Below are positions 1-10,312 of a DNA stretch of 64,000 nt, piece by piece. Within the stretch, counting starts at the first letter, position 1, and each line of letters begins with the position of its first letter. The stretch spans positions 864,001-928,000 of the forward strand of contig CAVXJS010000011.1 of assembly GCA_963762145.1 (NCBI GenBank). Direction: 5' to 3'. This stretch comes from an uncultured Candidatus Rokubacteria bacterium (GTDB lineage: Bacteria; Methylomirabilota; Methylomirabilia; Rokubacteriales; CSP1-6). The translations under genes were made by a program, and so were the position numbers. The notes under the pieces were generated by a model that was not told where the DNA came from, made no database searches, and worked only from the letters and a program-made list of their open reading frames with translations.

Positions 1-384
1 TTCCACCTTCCCGCGGTGATCCGCCTCGGGGCCTACATCCGGAAGCCCTTCCTGGAGCGGGTGGCCTTCAACAAGAAGAACATCCTGCGGCGGGACGGGT
101 ATACCTGCCAGTACTGCTCGCGACGCGGGGAGAAGCTCACGGTGGATCACGTCGTCCCGCGCTCCCGCGGGGGCCAGACCACCTGGACCAATGTGGTGGC
201 CGCCTGCCTGCGCTGCAACCTGCTCAAGGGCAACCGCATGCTGGACGAGGCGCGGCTGCGGCTGATCCGGGAGCCCGTGCACCCGCAATTCCTCTTCTCG
301 GTGCACCTGCTCCGGCATCCGCACGCGACCTCGTTCCTCGACTCGTGGCGGAAGTACCTGGTGGCGGTGCCCTCGACGTCCTGA
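1..384 (+). CDS. HNH endonuclease family protein (5' truncated by window)
   Basis: [13 protein letters not shown]...[13 protein letters not shown]...[16 protein letters not shown]: HNH with CxxC zinc ligands; frame is open from base 1. Confidence 0.85.
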   Translation, partial: FHLPAVIRLGAYIRKPFLERVAFNKKNILRRDGYTCQYCSRRGEKLTVDHVVPRSRGGQTTWTNVVAACLRCNLLKGNRMLDEARLRLIREPVHPQFLFSVHLLRHPHATSFLDSWRKYLVAVPSTS

Positions 385-403
385 GGTCCCTCTGAGCCAC
401 CAG

Positions 404-2437
404 CTGTCCAAGCCGCTGTTCACGCTCGCCTCGGAGTTCAGACCGTCCGGGGATCAGCCGGAGGCGATCGAGCGCCTGGTCTCGATCATCGGGGCGGGGA
501 GTCCCCACACCGTCCTGCTGGGGGTCACCGGCAGCGGCAAGACCTTCACGCTCGCCAACCTGATCACGCGGCTCAGCCGGCCCGCGCTGGTGATCTCGCC
601 CAACAAGACGCTGGCCGCCCAGCTCTACAGCGAGTTCAAGGCGTTCTTTCCGGAGAACGCGGTCGAGTACTTCGTCTCCTACTACGACTACTACCAGCCG
701 GAAGCCTACATTCCGCAGTCGGACACCTACATCGAGAAGGACGCGCTGGTGAACGACGAGATCGACCGCATGCGGCACTCGGCGACCACGTCGCTCTTCG
801 AGCGCCGCGACGTGGTGGTGGTCGCCTCGGTGTCCTGCATCTACGGCATCGGCGAGCCCGAGACCTACCACGGCATGCACGTCTCGCTGCGGCCGGGCCA
901 GACCATGGACCGGGACGCCCTCATCCGGGCCCTGGTCGCGGTGCAGTACGAGCGCAACGACTACGACTTCCGGCGCGGCACCTTCCGGGTGCGGGGCGAC
1001 GTGGTCGAGGTGTTCCCGGCCGCCGCCGAATCGGAGGCGCTGCGGGTGGAGTTCTGGGGCGACAGCGTCGAGCGGCTCATGACCATCGATCCCCTCCGCG
1101 GGGTCACCACCGGCACGGTGGGAGACGCCCGGATCTATCCCGCGAGCCACTACGTGACCCCCGCCGCCCAGCTCGAGCGCGCGATCGAGGGCATCATGGA
1201 CGAGCTGCGCGAGCGGCTCGGCTTCCTCAAGGCGCGTGGCCGGCTGCTGGAGGCGCAGCGTCTCGAGCAGCGCACGCTCTTCGACATGGAGATGCTGCGC
1301 GAGCTCGGTTATTGCCACGGGGTCGAGAACTACTCGCGGCACCTCTCCGGGCGCAAGCCGGGACAGAACCCGCCGACCCTGATGGACTACCTCCCCAAGG
1401 ACGCGCTGGTCATCCTCGACGAGTCGCACGTGACCGCGCCGCAGGTCCGCGGCATGTACCCGGGGGACCGCTCGCGCAAGGAGGCGCTCGTCGAGTACGG
1501 CTTCCGCCTGCCCTCGGCCTTCGACAACCGGCCGCTCACCTTCGCGGAGTTCACCCGTCTCGTCCCGCAGACCCTCTACGTCTCCGCCACCCCGGGCCCC
1601 TACGAGCTGGAGCGCGCCGGGGTGGTGCGCGGGGAGCCGGGGAGCCCGCTCGCGGGCGGATCGGTGGCGGAGCAGATCATCCGGCCGACCGGGCTCATGG
1701 ACCCGATCATCACGGTGCGGCCCGCCTCCTCGCAGGTGGACGATCTCATGGGGGAGGTGCGGGCCCGCGCGGAGCGCGACGAGCGGGTGCTCATCACCAC
1801 GCTCACCAAGCGCATGGCCGAGGATCTCACCGAGTACTATCAGCAGAACGGTTTGCGCGTCCGCTACCTGCACTCCGACATCGACACCCTGGAGCGGGTC
1901 GCCCTCATCCGCGACCTCCGCCTGGGCAAGTTCGACGGCCTCATCGGCATCAACCTGCTGCGGGAGGGGCTCGACCTGCCCGAGGTCTCGCTGGTCGCGA
2001 TCCTGGACGCGGACAAGGAAGGCTACCTCCGCTCCGCCACGTCGCTGATCCAGACCTCCGGCCGCGCCGCGCGCCACGTGAACGGTGAGGTGATCATGTA
2101 CGCGGACACCGTCACCGGCTCGATGAAGGCGGCCCTCGCGGAGACCGAGCGCCGCCGCGTGGTGCAGGGGGAGTACAATCGCGTGCACGGGATCACCCCG
2201 GAGTCGGTGCGCCGCTCGATCCGGGACCTGCTGGAGTCGGTCCCCGAGCGCGACTACTACACGGTGGAGGTGGAGCGCGCGCCCCAGACGCAGTGGGAGA
2301 GCCCCGCCGCCCTCGCGGCCCACGTGAAGGAGCTGGAGGGCTCGATGAAGGACGCGGCGCGCCGGCTCGACTTCGAGCGGGCCGCCGAGCTGCGCGATCG
2401 CATCAAGGCCCTCCGGAAGGTCGACCTGGGCGTCTGA
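404..2437 (+). CDS. uvrB: Excinuclease ABC subunit B (start probably CTG at 404)
   Basis: Frame upstream of the 590 ORF encodes [11 protein letters not shown] and Walker [10 protein letters not shown]; also [30 protein letters not shown] and a C-terminal UVR domain. Confidence 0.97.
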   Translation: MSKPLFTLASEFRPSGDQPEAIERLVSIIGAGSPHTVLLGVTGSGKTFTLANLITRLSRPALVISPNKTLAAQLYSEFKAFFPENAVEYFVSYYDYYQPEAYIPQSDTYIEKDALVNDEIDRMRHSATTSLFERRDVVVVASVSCIYGIGEPETYHGMHVSLRPGQTMDRDALIRALVAVQYERNDYDFRRGTFRVRGDVVEVFPAAAESEALRVEFWGDSVERLMTIDPLRGVTTGTVGDARIYPASHYVTPAAQLERAIEGIMDELRERLGFLKARGRLLEAQRLEQRTLFDMEMLRELGYCHGVENYSRHLSGRKPGQNPPTLMDYLPKDALVILDESHVTAPQVRGMYPGDRSRKEALVEYGFRLPSAFDNRPLTFAEFTRLVPQTLYVSATPGPYELERAGVVRGEPGSPLAGGSVAEQIIRPTGLMDPIITVRPASSQVDDLMGEVRARAERDERVLITTLTKRMAEDLTEYYQQNGLRVRYLHSDIDTLERVALIRDLRLGKFDGLIGINLLREGLDLPEVSLVAILDADKEGYLRSATSLIQTSGRAARHVNGEVIMYADTVTGSMKAALAETERRRVVQGEYNRVHGITPESVRRSIRDLLESVPERDYYTVEVERAPQTQWESPAALAAHVKELEGSMKDAARRLDFERAAELRDRIKALRKVDLGV

Positions 2438-2441
2438 GCGA

Positions 2442-2651
2442 ATGGTCTTCAAGTGGGCGCTGATCGTCTTCGGGGTGGCCGCGGCGGTCCTGTTCGTGCT
2501 CACGAAGGTCATCGTGTTCCTGAACCCGCCGCGACCGGGCCGGCCCGCCCCGCTCATGCTGGGCCGCGTGCAGCGGGCGCTCACGTGGACCGTCCTGGTG
2601 CCCGCGGCGCTGGCCCTCGTCCTGCTCGTGGTGACGTTGTTACGGCAGTGA
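2442..2651 (+). CDS. Small membrane protein, 2 predicted TM helices
   Basis: 69-aa ORF with two hydrophobic stretches, fills the uvrB-uvrC gap. Confidence 0.65.
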   Translation: MVFKWALIVFGVAAAVLFVLTKVIVFLNPPRPGRPAPLMLGRVQRALTWTVLVPAALALVLLVVTLLRQ

Positions 2652-2673
2652 CCGCCTGGCGAGGCGAGCGCCC

Positions 2674-4506
2674 GTGACCCTCGACGAGAAGATCGACCAG
2701 GTGCCCGATCGGCCGGGCGTCTACCTCTACAAGGACACCAAGGCCCAGATCATCTACATCGGCAAGGCCGCGTCACTGCGCAGCCGCGTGCGGTCCTACT
2801 TCCAGGAGTCGCGGGCGCGCGATCCGAAGACCGACGCGCTCGTCGGCCACATCCGCGACCTCGAGTACATCGTCACCGCGAACGAGCTCGAGGCGATGAT
2901 CCTCGAGTCCACCCTCGTCAAGAAGCATCGTCCCCGGTACAACATCATCCTGCGGGACGACAAGCACTATCCGTTCCTCAAGCTCACCACCAACGAGGAA
3001 TTCCCGCGCCTGGTGGTGGCCCGCCGGGTGCAGAAGGACGGCGCGACCTACTTCGGGCCGTTCTACCCCGCCACCGCGATGCGGGAGACGCTGCGCCTCG
3101 TGCGCCAGCTCTTCCCCCTGCGCACCTGCCGCATCAAGATCGACGGGACGCTCTCCCGCCCGTGCCTGCAGTACTACATCCACCGCTGCAATGCCCCCTG
3201 CACGGGCTGGGAGACCGAGGAGGGGTACGCGCGGACGGTGCAGGACGTGGCGCGCTTCCTCGAGGGCAAGAACGACGACCTCGCGGCCCGGCTCACCCGG
3301 GAGATGGAGGCCGCGGCCGAGGAGATGAAGTTCGAGCGGGCCGCCGCCCTGCGCGACCGGATCCAGGCGCTCAACACGGTACGGGAGCGCCAGCAGATGA
3401 TCTCCATCGAGGAAGAGGACCAGGACGTGGTCGGGGTGGTGCGCCAGGGCTCGGAGGCCTGCGTGCAGCTCTTCTTCGTGCGCAAGGGGCGGCTGCTCGG
3501 CCGGGAGTCGTTCTTCTTCGAGCGGGTGGCCGGCGCGAGCGACGGCGAGATCCTCTCCGCCTTCCTCCGCCAGTTCTACGCCAAGAACGTGGTGCCGCCC
3601 CCCGAGATCCTGCTCTCGGAGACGCCGCCCGAGATCGACCTCACCGGGGAATGGCTGGTCCAGCGTCGGGGCGGCCGCGTCGAGCTGCTCGCCCCGCAGC
3701 GCGGGCGCAAGCGCGACCTGGTCGCGATGGCCGAGGAGAACGCGGCGCTCGCGCTCCAGACGCACCTCCTCGCGCGCGGCAGCCGGCAGCAGGTGGTGCT
3801 CGAGGATCTCGAGCGCTCGCTCGCGCTGCCCGGGCCGCCGCATCGGATCGAGTGCTTCGACATCTCGACGCACCAGGGAACGGAGACGGTCGCGTCCATG
3901 GTGGTGTGGCAGGACGGCGAGATGAAGAAGGACGACTACAAGCGCTTCAAGATCCGCACCGTGGTCGGCACCGACGACTTCGCGTCCATGCAGGAGGTGC
4001 TGAGCCGTCGCTACGGGCGCGCGCTGGAGAGCGAGGGCGTGCTGCCCGACCTCATCCTCCTCGACGGCGGACGCGGGCAGCTCGGAGCGGGGATGAAGGC
4101 GCTCGAGGACCTGGGACTCGACTACATTCCGCTCGCCGCGCTCGCCAAGCGCGCCGAGGAGGTGTACACCCCGGATCGGCTCCAGCCGCTCGTGCTGGAT
4201 CTGGGGTCGCCCGCGCTGCAGGCGCTGCAGAAGATCCGCGACGAGGCGCATCGCTTCGCCATCACCTACCACCGGAAGCTGCGTCAGCGACGGGCCATCG
4301 CCTCCGTGCTCGACCAGATTCCCGGGGTCGGGCCGGCCCTCCGCACGAGCCTGCTCAAGACGCTGGGCTCCGCCAAGGGCGTGCGGGCGGCCTCGGTCGC
4401 CGACCTGGCGTCGGTCCCGAAAATCACCCCGAAGCTGGCCCAACGGATCTATGATTTCTTCCACCCGAGCCCGGCGGGGGAACCTTCCGAGAGCCGGGGG
4501 GGTTAA
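2674..4506 (+). CDS. uvrC: Excinuclease ABC subunit C
   Basis: GIY-YIG N-terminus (PGVYLY..IYIGKA..LRSRVRSYF), RIECFDIS, DGGRGQ, RDEAHRFAITYHR, C-terminal HhH. Confidence 0.97.
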   Translation: MTLDEKIDQVPDRPGVYLYKDTKAQIIYIGKAASLRSRVRSYFQESRARDPKTDALVGHIRDLEYIVTANELEAMILESTLVKKHRPRYNIILRDDKHYPFLKLTTNEEFPRLVVARRVQKDGATYFGPFYPATAMRETLRLVRQLFPLRTCRIKIDGTLSRPCLQYYIHRCNAPCTGWETEEGYARTVQDVARFLEGKNDDLAARLTREMEAAAEEMKFERAAALRDRIQALNTVRERQQMISIEEEDQDVVGVVRQGSEACVQLFFVRKGRLLGRESFFFERVAGASDGEILSAFLRQFYAKNVVPPPEILLSETPPEIDLTGEWLVQRRGGRVELLAPQRGRKRDLVAMAEENAALALQTHLLARGSRQQVVLEDLERSLALPGPPHRIECFDISTHQGTETVASMVVWQDGEMKKDDYKRFKIRTVVGTDDFASMQEVLSRRYGRALESEGVLPDLILLDGGRGQLGAGMKALEDLGLDYIPLAALAKRAEEVYTPDRLQPLVLDLGSPALQALQKIRDEAHRFAITYHRKLRQRRAIASVLDQIPGVGPALRTSLLKTLGSAKGVRAASVADLASVPKITPKLAQRIYDFFHPSPAGEPSESRGG

Positions 4507-4536
4507 GCGTCCGAGCAGGACTACACCGAAAAGGGG

Positions 4537-4794
4537 GTGACGCGCATGAAGATGCTCATGATGGCGATCGCGATGGTGACCCTGGCCGCCGCGCCGGTGC
4601 TGGCCAACCAGTGCCCGCTGCTGGTCAAGCAGGTTCAGGATGCGACGGCGGGCAAGACCGACGACGCCTCCAAGAAGGCGATGGCGTTGGCCAACGAGGC
4701 CAAGGCGCTCCACGATGCCGGCAAGCACGCCGAGTCGGTGGCGAAGGCCGACGAGGCTGCGAAGGCGATCAACCTCACCCTGAAGAAGAAGTAG
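4537..4794 (+). CDS. Small secreted helical hypothetical protein
   Basis: Signal peptide ending VLA-NQCP, then Ala/Lys-rich helices with LHDAGKHAES; start could be ATG 4546. Confidence 0.8.
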   Translation: MTRMKMLMMAIAMVTLAAAPVLANQCPLLVKQVQDATAGKTDDASKKAMALANEAKALHDAGKHAESVAKADEAAKAINLTLKKK

Positions 4795-4805
4795 AGCCGG
4801 TTCCA

Positions 4806-4847
4806 CTCCCGGGGGCCGCCGCCCCAGGCCCCCGGGAGCCGTTTCTT
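4806..4847 (+). terminator. GC-rich hairpin, probable intrinsic terminator or REP-like element
   Basis: 12-bp stem ctcccgggggcc / ggcccccgggag with a 9-nt loop, followed by gtttctt. Confidence 0.6.
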
Positions 4848-4884
4848 GCGCCTCCCGCCTAAGCGTGTAAAAATCAGCGCCAAT

Positions 4885-7440
4885 ATGGCCCTCGACGAGC
4901 GTCAGGATCGTTACCCCTTTCCGGAGATCGAGGCCAGGTGGCAGAAGGCCTGGGCGGACGCCAAGCAGTTCAAGGTCACCGAGGAGCCCGGTCGCCCCAA
5001 GTACTACTGCCTCGAGATGTTCCCGTACCCGTCCGGCCGCATCCACATGGGCCACGTGCGGGTCTACGCGATCGGCGATCTGCTGGCCCGCTACAAGTGG
5101 ATGCGAGGCTTCAACGTGCTGCACCCGATGGGCTGGGACGCTTTCGGGCTGCCGGCCGAGAACGCGGCCATCGACAACGGGGTGCACCCCGCGGTGTGGA
5201 CGTACGAGAACATCGAGAACATGCGCACGCAGCTCAAGCGCATGGGCATCTCCTACGACTGGGACCGCGAGGTGGCCACCTGCGATCCCGCCTACTACAA
5301 GTGGGAGCAGCTCGTGTTCATCCGGATGCTCGAGCGCGGGCTCGCCTACCGGCGCCGCTCGCGCGTGAACTGGTGCCCGTCGTGCCAGACCGTGCTCGCC
5401 AACGAGCAGGTGGAGGCGGGCCGGTGCTGGCGCTGCGATTCCGAGGTGACGATCCGCGAGATCGACGGCTGGTTCTTCAAGATCACCGACTACGCCCAGG
5501 AGCTGCTCGACTGGTGCGACCGGCTGCCCGGCTGGCCGGAGCGGGTGCTCACCATGCAGCGCAACTGGATCGGCCGCAGCGAGGGCGCCGAGTTCGCGCT
5601 GCCGGTGGCGGGCCGGCCGGATCTCAGGATCCCGATCTTCACCACGCGTCCCGATACCTCCTTCGGCATGACCTACGCGGTGCTCTCGCCCGAGCACCCG
5701 CTGGTGGACAGCCTCGCGGTGGACGCGGAGGAGCGCCGCCGGATCGACGCCTTCCGGGCCGAGGTCGCGCGCGAGACCGAGATCGAGCGGCTCGCCACCG
5801 ACCGGCCGAAGCGCGGCCTGCGCCTGCAGGCCCGGGCGACCAACCCCTTCAACCGGCAGGAGATCCCGCTCTTCCTCGCCGACTACGTGCTGATGGGCTA
5901 CGGGACCGGGGCGATCATGGCGGTGCCGGGCGAGGATCAGCGCGACTGGGATTTCGCCAAGGCGCACGACCTGCCGATCGTCGCTACCGTGAAGCGGCCC
6001 GCGGACTGGAAGGACGAGCAGGCCTACACCGGTGACGGCGTGAAGATCAACTCCGGCTTTCTCGATGGCCTCGGGATCGAGGAGGCCAAGCGCAAGGCGA
6101 TCGACTGGCTCGTGACCCAGGGGATCGGTCAGGCCAAGATCAACTTCCGCCTCCGAGACTGGGGGATCAGCCGGCAGCGGTACTGGGGCGCGCCGATCCC
6201 GGTGCTCTACTGCGAGAAGGACGGCATGGTGCCGGAGCGGGAGGAGAACCTGCCGGTGGTGCTGCCCCGCGACGTGCAGATCAGCGGCAAGGGCGGCTCG
6301 CCGCTCGCGGAGGTGGCGAGCTTCGTCAACGCGGTGTGCCCGAAGTGCGGGGGCCCCGCCCGGCGCGACACCGACACCATGGATACCTTCGTGGAGTCGT
6401 CCTGGTACTTCCTCCGCTACTGCTCGCCGACCTACGACCGCGGCATGTTCGAGCCGGCCGCGGCCGCCTACTGGATGCCGGTGGACCAGTACATCGGCGG
6501 CATCGAGCACGCGGTGCTGCACCTGCTGTACGCGCGCTTCTACACCAAGGCCCTGCGCGACCTCGGGATGCTGAAGGTGGACGAGCCATTCCGGGCCCTG
6601 CTCTCGCAGGGCATGGTCATCAAGGACGGGGCCAAGATGTCGAAGTCGAAGGGCAACGTGGTGGATCCCGACGATCTCATCCGACGCTACGGGGCCGACA
6701 CCGCGCGCCTCTTCTCGCTCTTCGCGGCCCCCCCCGAGAAGGACCTCGACTGGAACGACCGCGGCGTCGAGGGCGCCTCCCGCTTCCTCAATCGCATCTG
6801 GCGTTTTGTGCATACGCACCTCGCCGAACTGAATGGGGCAGTGGCTTGGCGAGGTGCAGCCGAAGGCGAGCCGAGCGAATACAAAAAGGAAGTCACCGTG
6901 TCCGCGGGGCACGCAATCAGTGACGCGGGCCGCGCCTTCCGGCGCGTGATACACGAGACGATCCAGAAGGTGACGCACGACATCGAGCACGACTTCCACT
7001 TCAACACCGCGATCAGTGCGGTGATGGAGCTCGTGAACGCGCTCCACGACTTCGAGCGCACGTCGCTGGACGGGATGGCGCGGCCGGAGCGGAGCGCCCT
7101 GCTGCGGGAAGCGGTGGAGGCCACGATCCTCCTGCTCGGGCCGGTGTCGCCCCACATCACCGAGGAGCTGTGGGCCGCGCTCGGCCACCGCGAGAGCCTG
7201 TTCAGGCGATCGTGGCCCGTCGCGGACGCGGCCGCGCTCGCGCGCGACGAGGTGGAGATCGTGGTCCAGGTGGACGGGCGCGTGCGGGGCCGCCTCACCG
7301 CGGCGGTCGGCGCCCGGGAGGCGGAGATCCGCGAGATGGCCCTCGCCGACGGCAAGGTGCTCCCGTGGCTCGACGGGCGCCAGGTCGCCAAGGTGGTCGT
7401 GGTGCCCGGGCGCCTCGTCAACATCGTGACCCGTGGCTGA
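4885..7440 (+). CDS. leuS: Leucine--tRNA ligase
   Basis: MFPYPSGRIHMGH (HIGH-like), KMSKS, TTRPDT editing motif, RLVNIV C-terminus. Confidence 0.98.
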   Translation: MALDERQDRYPFPEIEARWQKAWADAKQFKVTEEPGRPKYYCLEMFPYPSGRIHMGHVRVYAIGDLLARYKWMRGFNVLHPMGWDAFGLPAENAAIDNGVHPAVWTYENIENMRTQLKRMGISYDWDREVATCDPAYYKWEQLVFIRMLERGLAYRRRSRVNWCPSCQTVLANEQVEAGRCWRCDSEVTIREIDGWFFKITDYAQELLDWCDRLPGWPERVLTMQRNWIGRSEGAEFALPVAGRPDLRIPIFTTRPDTSFGMTYAVLSPEHPLVDSLAVDAEERRRIDAFRAEVARETEIERLATDRPKRGLRLQARATNPFNRQEIPLFLADYVLMGYGTGAIMAVPGEDQRDWDFAKAHDLPIVATVKRPADWKDEQAYTGDGVKINSGFLDGLGIEEAKRKAIDWLVTQGIGQAKINFRLRDWGISRQRYWGAPIPVLYCEKDGMVPEREENLPVVLPRDVQISGKGGSPLAEVASFVNAVCPKCGGPARRDTDTMDTFVESSWYFLRYCSPTYDRGMFEPAAAAYWMPVDQYIGGIEHAVLHLLYARFYTKALRDLGMLKVDEPFRALLSQGMVIKDGAKMSKSKGNVVDPDDLIRRYGADTARLFSLFAAPPEKDLDWNDRGVEGASRFLNRIWRFVHTHLAELNGAVAWRGAAEGEPSEYKKEVTVSAGHAISDAGRAFRRVIHETIQKVTHDIEHDFHFNTAISAVMELVNALHDFERTSLDGMARPERSALLREAVEATILLLGPVSPHITEELWAALGHRESLFRRSWPVADAAALARDEVEIVVQVDGRVRGRLTAAVGAREAEIREMALADGKVLPWLDGRQVAKVVVVPGRLVNIVTRG

Positions 7441-7954
7441 GCCGGCCCGCCTCTCCCGCCGGGACTTCGGGCTGGCCCTGGCCGCCGGCCTGCTGGCCGG
7501 CTGCGGCTACAGCACGAAGGGCAACCTGCCCGATCACATCAAGACGGTCGCGGTGCCCATCTTCAAGAACCGCACCCTCGAGCCGTTGGTGGAGAGCGCG
7601 GTCACGTCCGGGGTGGTCAACGCCTTCTCCAGCGGCGGACGCGTGCGGGTGGTGCCGATCGCAGAGGCCGACGCCATCCTCGAGGGCGAGGTGACGGGCT
7701 ACTCGCTCGAGGGCACCGCCTTCGACCGGACCCAGGTCATCCGTGCCTACCGGCTGCGACTCACGCTGAACGTGGAGTTCCGGGACGTGAGGCAGAGCGC
7801 CCTGCTCTGGCGGCAGGAAGGGCTGCAGGAGACGGCCGACTTCCAGGTGGAGGGCAGCGTGTCGGACACGGTGGCCCGCGGGCAGGGGGCCGTGGTGCAG
7901 GCCGCGACCGAGATCGGGCGCAAGGTCGTCAACCTGGCGCTGGATCGCTTCTAG
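7433..7954 (+). CDS. lptE: LPS assembly lipoprotein LptE
   Basis: Lipobox LAGC, KTVAVPIFKNRT motif, conserved leuS-lptE-holA order. Confidence 0.85.
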   Translation: MAEPARLSRRDFGLALAAGLLAGCGYSTKGNLPDHIKTVAVPIFKNRTLEPLVESAVTSGVVNAFSSGGRVRVVPIAEADAILEGEVTGYSLEGTAFDRTQVIRAYRLRLTLNVEFRDVRQSALLWRQEGLQETADFQVEGSVSDTVARGQGAVVQAATEIGRKVVNLALDRF

Positions 7955-7973
7955 TGGCCGCGCGGCCGTAGCG

Positions 7974-8969
7974 GTGGACTACGCCGGATTCGTCAAGGCC
8001 GCCGCCGCGGGGCAGGTCGGGCCGGTGACCCTTCTGCACGGACCCGAGCCGTTTCTCCTCGACGACGCGGTGGCACGCCTCACCCGCGCGCTCTTCCCCG
8101 GCCAGACCGAGCTCTCCCTCGCGCGGGAGATCCTCGACGCCCGCGCGGGGGGCGCGGAGGCGATCGTGCAGGCGGCCCTGACCCTTCCGTGGCTGGGCGA
8201 CCGGCGCCTCGTGGTGGCGCGCGGCGCGGACGGCTTGACCGCGAAGACCGGCGAGCCCCTCGTCGCGTACGTGAAGGCGCCCAACCCGTCCACCGTGCTG
8301 CTGCTCCTGGCCGACTCGCTGCTGGACGGCTCGCACTGGCTGCTGCGCGCCCTGCCGGCCGCCGCGGTGGTGCCGGCTCCCGCGCTCGCGGGCCGTGCGC
8401 TCGCGACGTGGCTCCGCGCCCACGCGCAGGCGGTCGGCTACGAGCTGCGCGAGGACGCGGCGGGCCTGCTGGTCGAGCTCTCGGGCGACGATCTCACCCG
8501 CCTGGTCGGCGAGGTGGAGAAGGCGGCGCTCGCGGGGGGCCCGGAGAACCGGCGCGTGACGGTGGCCGAGATCCGCGCAGTGGTGGGCGAGCACCGGCTC
8601 CGCCACGTCTTCGACCTCACCCGCGCCCTGTCGGCGCGCGACGCCGCCGCGGCGCTGGCGCTGCTCGAGTCGTTGCTCAACGCGGGGGAAGAGCCGCTCG
8701 CGGTGCTCGGCATGCTGACCCGCGAGGCGCGCGCCACCTGGCAGGCCGCCGACGCGCTGCGGGCCGGCCGCGCGCCCGAGGAGATCGCGCGTAGCCTGCG
8801 ACGCCCGCCCGCCGCGGCCACCGCCCTGCTCGAGCGGGCGCGGAGCGTCTCCGTCGCGGGGGCGGCGCGGCAGCTCGCACGCTGCTGGGAGGTCGAGCGG
8901 CGCCTCAAGCTGGGCGGGACGCCGCGCCCCGAGCTGTCGCTGCTCGTCGCCGATCTGTGCGCGGTCTGA
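7974..8969 (+). CDS. holA: DNA polymerase III subunit delta
   Basis: LLHGPEPFLL, LTLPWLGDRRLVV, GDDLTRLVGEVEK; synteny. Confidence 0.9.
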   Translation: MDYAGFVKAAAAGQVGPVTLLHGPEPFLLDDAVARLTRALFPGQTELSLAREILDARAGGAEAIVQAALTLPWLGDRRLVVARGADGLTAKTGEPLVAYVKAPNPSTVLLLLADSLLDGSHWLLRALPAAAVVPAPALAGRALATWLRAHAQAVGYELREDAAGLLVELSGDDLTRLVGEVEKAALAGGPENRRVTVAEIRAVVGEHRLRHVFDLTRALSARDAAAALALLESLLNAGEEPLAVLGMLTREARATWQAADALRAGRAPEEIARSLRRPPAAATALLERARSVSVAGAARQLARCWEVERRLKLGGTPRPELSLLVADLCAV

Positions 8970-10312
8970 TGGCGGGGGCGCTGCGCGCCCTTCTCGTCGC
9001 CGCGCTGCTGCTCGGGGCCGGCGCGGGCCCGCTGGCCGCCGCGCCCGCGCCGCGGCTCCTGGCCGGGGCGGCGGGGGTGACCGTGGAGCTCCCGACCGAC
9101 ACGCCGCTCGGCGGCTACGGCGGCTTCCCGCGCCGCGCGTGGATCCCCGATCTCCTCGGCCGCTACCCCGACACGTTCTGGTTCCGACCCGCCACCGGCG
9201 TCCACGATCCGATCAAGGTGCGCGCCCTCGTGCTCGAGGCGGGCGGCGTGCGGCTGCTCTTCCTCGGCGTGGACCTCGTGGGGATGGATCCCTCGCTGGT
9301 CGCCGACCTGCGCCGTCGTCTCGACCAGCTCGGGCTGCGCTACGCGGCGGTCATCGCGGCCGCGTCCCACACGCACTCCGGCCCGGGCGCCTTCGCCCGG
9401 TCGAATCTGTTCGGCCTGCTCGCGCTCGATCGCGAATCGCCGCGGGTGCGCGGCCGGATCTACTCGGCGATGGAGGACGCGGCGCGACAGGCCGAGCGCC
9501 GCAAGCGCCCGGCCACCGTCGGCAGCGGGCGGAGCGCGGTATCCGGACTCACCGACAGCCGCGTGCGCGAGGCGGTCGACGACGAGCTGGGCGTGCTCAA
9601 GGTGATGGGGGCCGACAACCGCCCGGTGGCGGTCATGTGGAACTACGCCATCCACGGCACCGCGCTCGGCCGGGAAAACCTCCAGCTCTCCGGCGACGTC
9701 ATGGGGGATGCGGGCGCGCGCATCGAGGAGCAGCTCGGGGTACCCGCGCTCTTCGTCAACGGCGCGGTCGGCGACGTGAGCCCCCGCCAGCGCGGCTGGG
9801 ACGGCGTGGCCGCGGGCGGCAAGACCCTGTCCGCCGCGGTGGTCGCCCTCTGGCCGCGCATCGCGCGCGACCCCGATCAGCGCCTGGCCGCCACGTCGGT
9901 CACCGCGCTGCTTCCGGCCCCTGGCGTCGACCTCCACAACTGCCTGGGGCGGTGGATCCCTCGCGGCACCCGCCTGGGGCTGCGGGCCGCGCTACCGCCC
10001 TCCGCCGAGGTGTGGGTGGTCACGGTGGGGCGGAGCGCCTGGGTCGCGATTCCAGGGGAGCCGTCCACGCGGCTCGGCCTCGAGATCAAGGCCGCGGGCC
10101 GGACGAGTTTCCCGCACACCTTCGTCGCCGGAGTCGCCAACGCCTACCAGGGCTACTTCCTGGCCGCCGAGCACTTCCGGACGTCGAGCTACATCTCGTG
10201 CGGCAGCCTCTACGGGGAGCACGGCGGGGAGCTGGTGCGCGACGCGGCGATCGCGGGCCTTCGGGAGCTGGCGGAGCGGCACCAGCCCCGACCGGTCAAG
10301 CGGGGGCGTTGA
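8969..10312 (+). CDS. Neutral/alkaline ceramidase-like secreted hydrolase
   Basis: Signal peptide; GVHDPIKVRALV, ASHTHSGPG, NYAIHGT, NGAVGDVSP, IPGEP motifs. Confidence 0.8.
   Translation: MAGALRALLVAALLLGAGAGPLAAAPAPRLLAGAAGVTVELPTDTPLGGYGGFPRRAWIPDLLGRYPDTFWFRPATGVHDPIKVRALVLEAGGVRLLFLGVDLVGMDPSLVADLRRRLDQLGLRYAAVIAAASHTHSGPGAFARSNLFGLLALDRESPRVRGRIYSAMEDAARQAERRKRPATVGSGRSAVSGLTDSRVREAVDDELGVLKVMGADNRPVAVMWNYAIHGTALGRENLQLSGDVMGDAGARIEEQLGVPALFVNGAVGDVSPRQRGWDGVAAGGKTLSAAVVALWPRIARDPDQRLAATSVTALLPAPGVDLHNCLGRWIPRGTRLGLRAALPPSAEVWVVTVGRSAWVAIPGEPSTRLGLEIKAAGRTSFPHTFVAGVANAYQGYFLAAEHFRTSSYISCGSLYGEHGGELVRDAAIAGLRELAERHQPRPVKRGR

Noticed and set aside
1615-1665. Short insertion in uvrB ([10 protein letters not shown]) with a small hairpin as another repeat element
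   Set aside because: Too short and GC-rich to distinguish from chance; the loop is naturally variable
224-7188. Very long antisense ORFs (e.g. 2773-7188, 1471 aa; also 33638-36439, 26993-29185 and others)
   Set aside because: Shadow ORFs produced by high GC and codon bias opposite well-recognised genes; no recognisable domains
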